From NCBI RefSeq assembly GCF_036365525.1, contig NC_090400.1, positions 59,425,633 through 59,489,632 on the forward strand: DNA of 64,000 nt, in the 5' to 3' direction. Origin of the DNA: Heterodontus francisci (taxonomy: Eukaryota). The notes beneath the pieces are model-generated. The model was not told the DNA's origin and searched no databases. It was given only the letters and a program-made list of their open reading frames with translations. Positions 53,863 through 64,000 of the stretch are shown here, piece by piece. The position numbers and the translations under genes are program-made. Within the stretch, counting starts at the first letter, position 1. The number at the start of each line of letters is the position of its first letter.

Positions 53863-54950
53863 CTTCTTGAAGACTGCGTCCGAGGCTATGATGTTGCAGC
53901 CAGTGAGAGGTGTCTCTGCCGCCGTACAAGTCACCCCCATCACTTCATTTACTGGATGATTTCTAACAAATCTTCAGATGTTTCTAGAAGAAATTGATTG
54001 TGAGCAGACCGAGGAATTTCAAACACAAAGCACTAAATTTTATCCATAAAGAATATATTGAGTGTTTGGATTTGCTGTGTAATGTACCTGTTAATGATAT
54101 ACTGTGTCTGGACCAAAAACTGATTGTGGTTTCTAGATGGTGACCAATCTGATCTATCCCAGCAAGTGGCCATGATGTGCTGTTCAGTTATTTCCTCATT
54201 TCCATTCGTGTAACAGTAATCTATTAACTGTTAGTAATTTATTAGTGTATCATTAATTTATTTGGTTGTCTTAAGTGCAATAAAATGCTCCCGAGCTCCC
54301 CTCTCCGGAGCCTGCCTGCATTCCATGTTCTCCAGAAGCACAGGAATATCAGTGAGGAAATAGTTTTTGGGGGGTGGGTGGGCGGGCACATGGAGTGGCA
54401 GGGTGGTGGGGGCTAGTGGGCGAGGATGACACCATCAGAGCCTCTGCTCCCACCTCCGCAGTCGACAGGGAGAGGTCAGAATGGCTTTGGGCAGTGTGAG
54501 GTTGGGTCTTGTAATGTTGATGGCGGAGAATACTTGAAAGCGTTCCTGGGATGTTTGTCATTGCAATGGAGGCTTTAACCCGTTCAGTGCCCCTCTCCTG
54601 CTGAAATGGTCAGTAGGTGTGTCAGAGGATGTGTTTGCCTTTAAGTAATGGGCTTTAATCGTGCTGAGGATATTGATGTCTGGATGTGTTCAACTGTTGC
54701 CCAGACCCAGGAACTTATCTCAGGGCTGCGATTCAGTAATGTCTGTGTCTCTAACCCTCCTGCCCTGTTTTACTTCACCTGTGCTGAGTGTTTCATTCAT
54801 GAGGTCTCTGTCGCATTTTCCGCCTGTATTTTAATACCACCTTGTCTCATATTGTAACCTCTTGTTTTTTTTTTCATTTCTCAAAGAAAGTGTCACTTAT
54901 TTTTTTAATTGTTTCACTCACGGAATAAAAAAAAACTCCAATAGCACCTG
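53863..54950 (+). other. PITPNA: Probable non-coding terminal exon (3' UTR) of the PITP gene
   Basis: Strong T-rich tract + AG at 53861-62, largely repeat-free sequence, AATAAA at 54279 and 54924. Confidence 0.6.
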
Positions 54951-56024
54951 AACTGCTTCTCGTTCTGTCAGTGAGAGTGTGTGTGTAAGCGATGTAACAC
55001 GTCAAGCAGGAATGTGCATGATGGGGTCTCGGTGTACACCTGAACCAGGTACTAATGTGCTTAGTGACAGATAACTCTCAGCACTGCAGTCCTGGGATAA
55101 GCAGTCAGGTATACAGAGCATTGAGATGTTCAATGGCTTGCAAAGGTGTGGAGAAAGGGAAGGTATAGCAGGAACAGGAGGAGGCCATTCAGCCCCTGGA
55201 ATCGATTCAGTCCGCTCATGGCGAATCGGTACCTCGACTCCATTTACTCGTCTTGGCTCCATGTCCCTTGATATCCTTACCAATAAAATTCATCTCCGTC
55301 TTAAAAGCTCCAACTGAACTCCCCACCTGCATTTATTTTAGGGTGGGTGGGGTGCTTCCTGATTTCACTCCTAAATGGCCCCATGCTGATTTTAAGATGG
55401 TGCCCTCTTGTCCTGGACTTCTCCACAATGGGAGATGGTTTCCCCATATCTACCTCATTAAATCATTTTAACAACTAACAGCCCAAAATCTCCTGTACTC
55501 AGGAAATGCAGCCCAAGTTTGGCTGGAATGTGAGTGCTGCGGGTAATAGCTTTTCCCAACCTGGCCCCTCAGTCTAACCATTTAACCTCTGGTATTGACA
55601 TTGACCAACTCCTTTATTCTGGTTCTCACATGGGAATCTCGCAGGGGCCAATGAACAGATGGGAAATTGCACCAGTCTGCAATTTCCTGGATATTTTCTG
55701 TCCCATTTTACATTTACCCCCTTCCCTCCCAAGGCTGCTGTAGTCCTTACTTGGCGCCGCCTGCCTCTCCCCCACACCACTCAACATGTCGGCAGCTGAG
55801 TGAAGAATGGGGTTGAAATCTGCTGGGCCTCATTTGAATTCCTGTAACTGCTAACAAGCCCGAGGAGCTCAGTGCTTTGTAGGGGGGGGGAAATGAATTT
55901 TATAAAGCACCTTTCAGAAGCTCAGGGCCTCTCTAAGTGTTCCACAACCAGTAAAGTTTTTTTTGAAGTGTCGTCAAAGTTGTAATGTCGGAAACCTGGC
56001 AGCCAATTTGCATACAGCAAGGCA

Positions 56025-57220
56025 CTCTGCTCCTGACCTCATTACAGCCTTGGTCCAAACATGGACAAAAGAGTTGAACTCCTGAGGTGAGAGTGACTGC
56101 CCTTGATATCGAGGCAGCATTTGACAAGTATGGCATCAAGGAGCCCCAGCAAAACTCGAGTCAATGGGAATTGGGGAAAACTCTCCACTGGTTGGAGTCT
56201 TACCTAGTGCAAAGGAAGATAATTGTGGTTGTTGGAGGTCAATCATCTCAGTCCCAGGACATCACTGCAGGAGTTCCTCAGGGTAGTGTCCTAGGCCCAA
56301 CCATCTTCAGCTGCTTCATCAATGACCACCTCTCCATCGTAAGGTCAGAAGTTGGGATGTTCACTGCACAATGTTCATCATTCACAACTCCTCAGATACT
56401 GAAGCAGTCCATGCCCACATGCAGTAAGACCGGGACAAGATTCAGGTTTGGGCTGATATGGCAAGTAACATTACAGCCTCACAAATTCCTAGTAATAACC
56501 ATCTCCCCTTGATGTTCAATGGCATTATCATCGTTAAATCCTCTTACCCCTACCCTATCAACATCCTGGGGAACACCGTTGACCAGAAACTGAACTGGAG
56601 TAGCCATATAAATACCGTGGCTACAAGAGCAGGTCAGAGGCTAGGAATCCTGCAGTGAGTAACTCATCTCCTGACTCCCCAAAGCCTGTCCACCATCTAC
56701 AAGGCACAAGTCAGGAGTGTGATGGAATATTCTCCACTTGCCTGGATGGGTGCAGCTCCAACAACACTCCAGAAGCTCGACACCATCCAGGACAAAGTAG
56801 CCCGCTTGATTGGCACTTCATCTACAAACATTCATTCCCTCCACCACCGACGCACAGTGGCAGCAGTGTGTACCATCTACAAGATACACTGCAGCAACGC
56901 ACCAAGGCTCCTTCAACAACATCTTCCAAACCCGGGACTTCTACCAACTAGAAGGGCAAATGCATGGGAACACCACCACCTGCAAGTTCCCGTCCAAGTC
57001 ACACACCATCCTGACTTGGAACTATAATCGCCGTTCCTTCACTGTCGCTGGGTCAAAATCCTGGAACTCCCTTCCTAACAGCACTGTGCGTGTACCTACC
57101 CCACATGGACTGCAGTGGTTCAAGAAGGCAGCTCACCACCACCTTCTCAAGGGAAATTAGGGATGGGCAATAAATGCTGGCCTGGCCAGTGACACCTACA
57201 TCCTGTGAAAATAAAAAAAA
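56025..57220 (+). mobile_element. 5'-truncated LINE (CR1/L2 group) RT fragment with a distinct 3' tail
   Basis: ALDIEAAFD, GVPQGSVLGP, YKAQVRSVMEY; tail GGGATGGGCAATAAATGCTGG also seen in SINE fragments at ~33.1, 36.5 and 44.1 kb. Confidence 0.85.
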
Positions 57221-58749
57221 ACTCTCTCAAACAGCAATGTGATAAAGACTGAACTTTATTTTATTTACTGATATTGGTTGAGGGACAAATGTTGACCAGG
57301 ACACCCGAGAGAACTCCCCTGCTGTAAAATCATGACTTTGAATCTTTTTCTTCCACCTGAGAGGACAGAGGGGGCCTTGGTTTATTGTCTCATTTTAAAG
57401 ACAGCACCTCTGACAGTAAAACACTTCCTCAGTATTGACCTTCCCAATAGAACGATGCTCCCTCAGTACTGCACTAGGAGTGTCTGCCTGGGTTTTATAC
57501 TCCAGTCTCTGGAGTGAGGATTGAACCCACAAATTTCTGGCAAAGAGGTGGGAGCCTCTATGCTCTATATGTGATATCTGAGTCTGGGGAGACCAGGAAA
57601 TGTATCTCGAGTGTTCATTGTGTATCTTGCTTCCCTGCAGGCCAGGCTTTCAGTGTAATTGTGATCCAGACACAGCAGCAATTCCAAACTCCAGCTCCTC
57701 CATCACTGAGAAAGTGCCAGTGCACCAGTTTCAACAACTTGCATTTATATAGCACCGTTAACATAGTAAAACATACCAAGGTGTTTTACAGGAACATTCT
57801 TAAACAAAATTTGACACTAAGATACATAGGCCTGGCAACCACAAGCTTGGTCAAAGAGGTCGGTATTATGGATTGTCTTAAAGGAGGTGAGAGAGGGGTG
57901 GAGAGGTTTGTGGAGGAAGTTCCAGAGCTTCCGTCCCAGGCAGCTGAAGGTACGGCTGCCAATGGTGGAGCGATTGAAATCAGGGATGCCTGGAATTAGA
58001 GAAGCCCAGAGATCTCTCAGGATTGAAGGAGGTTAGAAATAGGGAGAAGCGAGGCCATGGTGGGATTTGAAAACCAGGGTGAGAATTTTAAAATTGAGGG
58101 TGTTGCTGGACTAGGAGCCAATGTAGGTCAGTGAGCACAGGAGTTATGATAGGGCAGTAGACTGTTGGAGGATGTACAACGAAAGATGGGAGATCAGTCA
58201 AGAGAGCGTTGGAATAGTCAAGTCTAGAGGTAACAAAGGCATGGGTGAGGGTTTCAGCAGCAGATGAGCTGAGACAGGTGCGACGTCAGGCAATGGTACG
58301 GTGGTAGAAATAGGCAGTCTCAGTGGTGGCCACGGATATGTGGTCAGAAGTTCATCTCAGGATGAGATATGACACCAAAGTTGTGAACTGTCTGCTTTAG
58401 CCTCAGACAGTTCCTAAGGAGAGAGATGGAGTCGGTGTCTTGGAAACTGAGCTTGTGATGGAGACTGAAGACAATGGCTTCAGTCTTCCCAATGTCTAGT
58501 TGGAAGCAGATAGACAGTCTGACAATCAGAGACAGTAAAGGGGATAAGAGAGGCAGGGGTATACATGTGTAGTACAGAGTGGGTAAAAAGGAACGATTCA
58601 CTCCTGTTTGGTACTCAGTGGGTTTTATTCTGCCTCAATTTCAGCTGAATTGGACAGTGTTGCTGTGTAAGCAACTCAGAATCACTGTAAATATAGAAAC
58701 ATTTTCAAATGCATCTCCACACGTGCTTTTGTTTTATTGGACACACTGA

Positions 58750-59095
58750 GGGTTTTCATTGGCGGAGGCTGGGAGTCAGGTGGCCGCATTCGGCCAATCC
58801 CCAAAAGCCTCCCTGCAGTCACAACAAACAGTGGAATAAAATTCGGCAGCGGGCCTTGCGTTTGTGACCGATCCCTTTAAGGCTCGGCGTGCCCGATCCC
58901 TTTAAGTACGCCGCGTTGTGGCTCTGCGGTTGGTTTTGAACAGGACGGCGGCCCTGAACCAGGTGAAGAACCGAGAGGTTTGGCCGGGGGCAGGAGCCGG
59001 GGTCCGGGACGGAGATCGAGAGCAGGGCAGGACAGGCCGAGGAGCGGATAAAGGCAACATTCGGAGCCGGATCAGGATCTAGTAACAGGTAAATA
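58750..59095 (+). promoter_or_regulatory. CpG-rich promoter with probable non-coding first exon of the next gene
   Basis: Local CpG enrichment without TE similarity, CCAAT boxes on both strands, duplicated CCGATCCCTTTAAG, donor-like CAG|GTAAAT near 59089; no ATG seen in the putative exon. Confidence 0.55.
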
Positions 59096-59133
59096 AAACC
59101 CAGATCTGGCCTCCTGACTCCATCCGCCCAACA

Positions 59134-59268
59134 GTGTCAATTTCTTGCTACTTTGTGTCAATTTCTTGCTACTTTGTGTCAATTTCTTGCTACTCTGTGT
59201 CAATTTCTTGCTACTTTGTGTCAATTTCTTGCTACTTTGTGTCAATGTCTTGCTACTTTGTGTCAATC
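59134..59268 (+). repeat. 21-bp minisatellite (~6 units)
   Basis: Unit TGTGTCAATTTCTTGCTACTT. Confidence 0.93.
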
Positions 59269-60551
59269 TTTTATATTTCCCACTCCTCAGCCAGCCCCCT
59301 GTATCAGGACAGGTTCAACATCCTCAGGGGAGTCCAGCCAGTGTGTAATTCCACTCCCATTGCAACTCCTCCCTCGAGTTCATTAACTCTGATCGTGGTA
59401 TCTAATTGCCCTGTTGCCAACTCTGTGAGTGATTGGCAAATATTCCAAGGTTCTCCTGGTCGGCCCTTCACCTTCCGCCTTCTGCAAACTTCAGCTCTTT
59501 CAACACTCTGCTATCTCGCACCAGGTCCCTTTCATTCAGAACCCCACTGTGTTCGCTGACTTACATTGGCTCCTGGTCCAGAAATGCCTCAAATTTCGAG
59601 TTCATTCTTGTTTTCAAATCTCTCCAAGGCCTCCCTCCCTATCTCTGTAATCTCCTCCAGCCCTACAACCCTCCGAGTTATCTGCACTCCTCTAATTCCA
59701 GACTCTTCAGCATCCCCGATTTTAATCACTCCACCATTGGCGGTTGTGCCTTCAGCTACCTGGGCCCAAAGCTCTGCAATTCCCTCTCTAAACCTCTCCA
59801 CTTTTCTCTCCTCATTTTAAGACGCTCCTTAAATCTGATTCATCTCCTGCGAGCTCTTCCTGGACATTTACCGTGTCCGAGAAGTTCATTGAGCACTTCC
59901 GCATGGCGAATGGCACAGACTCAAACCCAGGACACACAACGAAAGGTTGAGGGAGCTAGGGCTTTTCTCATTGGAGCGAAGAAGGATGAGAGGTGACCTG
60001 ATAGAGGTGTACAAGATAGAGGCATAGATAGAGTGGATAGCCAGAGACTTTTTCCCAGGGTGGAAAGGGCGTAGTATGAAGGGTATGTAGGTAGTTTGAT
60101 CCTCGAGTAGGTTAAAGGTTCGGCACAACATCGTGGGCCAAAGGGCCTGTACTGTGCTGTACTGTTCTATGTAACTCTCACAGTTGATGAAAAATTGGAT
60201 ATAAGTCCAGTAACTGAGGTTCCCGAGGTCCTTTGGTCTCCTGTCCGAACATCTCCTTAATGAGAACAAAAAGTGCCGGAAATACCCAGCTGTCGGACCT
60301 GCTGAGTATTTCCGGCATGTTCTGTTCTCATTTCAGAGTTCCAGCATCCACAGTATTTTGTTCTGACTTCTCCTCCTTTTCTGGCTCAGTATCAATTTGT
60401 GTCAAATAAATCTCCTGTGAAGTGCCTGGGATGTTTTACTATGTGAAAGGTGCTATATAAATACAAGTAATAGTTGTTGTAGAATTCTCATGATGCATAC
60501 AGCTGCATTTTTGAAATCTGCATTTCTACTTCTTGTGGGTGTGATGGGTGC

Positions 60552-60989
60552 CTGCTGGGCTCAGTGGGGAGCTCTTTTGTTGTGGGTTCAAGTCCCACTC
60601 CAGAGACTTGAGCACAAAATCCAGACTGACACTCCCAGTGCAGTACTGAGGGAGTGCTGCACTATCAGAGGTACCACCTTTCAGATGAGACGTTAAATTG
60701 AGGCCCCGTCTGCCCCTCAGGTGGACATAAAGGATCCCACGGCCGCTATTTGGAAGAAGAGCAGAGGAGTTTTCCCCGGTGTCCTGAGACCAATAATTAT
60801 GCCTCAATGCACAGCACTAAAAACAGATTATTTGGTCATTATCACATTGCTGTATGTGGGATCTTGCTGTGCACAAATTGGCTACCGCATTTCCCACATT
60901 ACAACAGTAACTACACTTCAAAAGTGCTTCATTGGCTGTGAAAAGCTTTGGGACGTCCTGAAATGGTGAAAGGCGCCACAGAAATGCAG
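60552..60989 (+). mobile_element. DeuSINE (SacSINE1/AmnSINE-like); further copies near 5525-5970(-), 11165-11440, 30810-31230, 41760-42200(-), 57215-57545(-)
   Basis: tRNA-like head, Deu-domain CAGTACTGAGGGAGTGCTGCACT..GATGAGACGTTAAA..CAGATTATTTGGTCATT, tail GTGAAAGGCGC. Confidence 0.82.
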
Positions 60990-61499
60990 CACACCAGGTC
61001 ATGTGATCTGAAGTTGCTCCCAGTATCAGGCTGGTATTGATTGCTCTGTGTTGAAGGTGTTTCCCAGCCCTGCCCCTGGACTCTGCTGTTCGAGTCAATA
61101 GCACAAGCATTCGACCTGTTGACGGGTAAAAGAAAACTGAGGGGGCAGGGTTGATGCAGATCGATAGAGAGAGGGAATCAGTTTGACAAAAAGTCAGGAA
61201 GTGGTAGCAGATAAAGAGGGCGGAAGAGCTGAGTTCATTGCAATAACTGGGTTCCAATGGCTCAAAGTGTTTCAACAACAACACCAACTTACATTTATAT
61301 AGGACCTTTAACAATGTAAAATCTCCCAAGGTACTTCATAGGAGCGTACATATAATCATAGAATGGTTACACCACAGAAGAGGCCATTCGGCCTATCGCA
61401 TCTGTGCTGACTCATAGGCCAGGTGACCAAACAATTGGTCAAAGAGTTAGACTTTAAGGAGCATCTTAAAGGAGGAGAGGTGGAGAAGCTTACAGTACA

Positions 61500-61670
61500 C
61501 ATCAAACACTCCTGTGCTGTACCTGCCCTGAGGTTAGATACAGAGTAAAGTTCCCTCTACACTGTCCCCATCAAACACTCCCAGGACAGGTACAGTACGG
61601 GGTTAGATACAGAGTAAAGCTCCCTCTACACTGTCCCCATCAAACACTCCCAGGACAGGTACAGCACGGG
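61500..61670 (+). repeat. Short 69-bp repeat array preceding the second Tx1
   Basis: About 2 units plus a rearranged fragment. Confidence 0.9.
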
Positions 61671-64000
61671 ATTGGCTGGGCAATTTGGAGCACTTCCTGC
61701 CAGCAATCAGGGGGCGCGGCTGCATCTGTGCTGCAGCAACTGGAGAGTGGAGAGTGGAGAGTGGAGACTGGAAACTGCAGCAACTGGGGAGAGAGACTGG
61801 AGAAAGGTGAATACAGAGTGGAGACTGCAGCAACTGGGGAGAGGAGAGTGGAATAACTGCAAAGAGGTGACTGTAGAGTGGAGACAGCTGCATTTACTGA
61901 GGAACTGTTGCACTTTTTCAAGGATTAAGAAGACCTGCAAGTCATTTTGGAGAGGTGGGTGTTGGAGCACCAGAGAACTGTTGGTTGTTTGGACTGTTGG
62001 GGGAGGGAGGAGGCACCGGAAGATCCAGGGGTGGGGCTGCCAAATTCGATAGGGCGCCCTTGTATTTGGTCTTGTGTTTATCTGCCATCCTGCACAAAAG
62101 GGGCTCCCTCCCCACCCCCAACTATGTGGCTCGGGACGGCTGGAGCTGCCCGGCTGAAGACTATCTTTATACAACAACAGAAAAGGGAGAGAACCGGACG
62201 GCTCTAGCCGACCCGGGCGAAGAGCCCTCCCCTAACTGGGAGATTGAACTGTAGACTCTGCAGGAAGGTGCTCCAACCACCAAGTGAACTGTAACATCCT
62301 CGCAGCTGTTCTCTCTCTTCCATCACTCGGCCACCTATCCTCTCCTCTCCTTGTCCTTTTCAGCCCTATCCTCCTCTACTCCCATCCCCCCCTCCCCCAT
62401 CATATTGTTTGTGTTTAAGAAAACTGTCGTGTGCTTTGTTTCTTGGGGGTGGGCGTAGCTCTGCGACCCCATGGCAAGCCCCTCTTCGCCGGTGGCGGGG
62501 CCTTCCCATTCATATGCTGCTGCGGCTGCTGCAGCTGCACCTGTTGCCCCGTCACCGTTTGCTTTATTAACATCAAAGCATGGGGTCAAAAGCTACGTCC
62601 ACCCGAACATGACTATCGAGGCATATGTGAAAGCAATGGCCGAGGTTGTCGGCCCTTCGGCCATTGTTGCAGCCTCTAAAATGTATGGGAAGGCAGTGTT
62701 TTTCCTGAAGACCGAGCGGGCGGTGTCCCTGGCTCTGAGCAAGGGGCTCACCGTGGGCGGGACCTTTCTGCCAGTGGACCCCCTGGAGGCCACTACGCAA
62801 AGGCTCATTCTATCCAATGTCCCGCCCTTCATTCCTGGTGAGCTCCTCCTTCCCCACCTGCACCATCTGGGGGAGGTAAAGATGGGACTCACCCCAGTCC
62901 CGCTCGGTCTTCGGGAGAACAGCCTCCGACACGTGTACTCCTTCCGCCGCCAGTTATTCATGCAGCTGGCGAGGGAGGAGGTTACAGAGGGCCACATTAA
63001 TGTCGAGTTCCAGGGGACGGCCTACCGCGTCTTCTGGACCTTGGACGGGGTGCGGTGCCATGTCTGTAAGGGGGTGGGGCATGTTCGTAAGAACTGCCCC
63101 AACCTCCCGGCTGCCAACTCCAACTCGGCGCACCAGGGTGGCGCCGCTGCACCTCCTCCCACCCCCCCCTACACCTCCACCAGATACCATTCAGTCGGTA
63201 CCGGAGGCTGTGGTTTTCACGGCCTCCGGCAGGGAGGGGGGTGACCGTCCAAGTGGAAGGAAGGCGCGGAGGAGGAATAAACATCAAGAGGCGCGTCCCC
63301 TGGACACCGTGACACTACCCGAGCCTGAGCTCAGCACAAAGCCCGATCTCGGGGAGTCAACTTGCCCCAGGGCTGGGCTCAGGCCCAGGGTGAATAAGAA
63401 AAAAGAGAGTGCGGAGGCCTCTGATGACATGGAGGTCTCTGAGCCTCTGCGCCCTGGTGGGAAAAAGAGGAGAAGGCACCCCTCCACAGAGGTAATCAGG
63501 GGCCCTGAGGCGCAGGGCCCATCTGTTGGAGGGGAGCTGTCTCCTGTCTCGGGTCCCCAGGTTTCCCCTACCGCCACCACCAAGGCTACAAAGTCCGGGC
63601 AGGAGCACCCTATTCCTCAGGATGGAGTGGAGGGGAAGGCCCCGGTACATGAGGCCCCTCCTGAAGGAGTAAGTGGGGCCCTGCTTGTGGTGGGGGAGCC
63701 TGGGGGCTCCGCCCATTCTGCCACTGCTACTGGTTCGGGTGCCCTGAGTGAAGGGGAGGGCGAGGCCCCAGAGGGTCGGCCCTCCCAGCCGGAGTCCACC
63801 ACCAACCAAGAGACACCCGACCCGGTTAGAACCGAAAATGCTGCCCCATCTGCTGGGCCTGTGGGTGCTGGCGGAGCAGGAGATGGCCTCCTCTCTCCGC
63901 CTCCAGTCTCGGCTCCGGCTGGTTTTCCGGAGTCGGGAACTTCTGTCTCCCCTGGACCACTCATTGGCCTGGGGACGGAGGTGGAGGGGGGTCCTGAACC
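61671..64000 (+). mobile_element. Second Tx1-clade LINE (5' UTR + ORF1 from 62471), cut by the window end
   Basis: Starts right after CAGCACGGG of the 69-bp repeat; ORF1 has an intact CX2CX4HX4C knuckle (CHVCKGVGHVRKNC); homologous to 22250-23315. Confidence 0.9.

Overview
Repeat-rich vertebrate DNA, most likely a cartilaginous fish (HE1-like V-SINEs, DeuSINEs, CR1, L2, Penelope-like and Tx1-clade elements). The host gene is a class I phosphatidylinositol transfer protein, best matching PITPNA, on the + strand: coding exons 2-11 (including an 8-nt micro-exon) plus a probable non-coding last exon; exon 1 lies upstream of the window. A CpG-rich promoter-like region follows at about 58.8-59.1 kb. 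The main unexplained structure is a dispersed 69-bp tandem repeat acting as a site-specific landing pad. Two Tx1-clade LINEs, a Tx1 3'-UTR stub, several A-tail scars, an unidentified ~190-nt A-tailed sequence and two processed ribosomal-protein pseudogenes (RPL37A, RPL37) all sit at the same position and orientation within the unit (A-tail|C(G/A)GGGTTAGATAC). This suggests a satellite-targeting retrotransposon that also writes cellular RNAs into its target arrays. Everything was read by eye; family names are by recognition, not database search, and TE boundaries are approximate.
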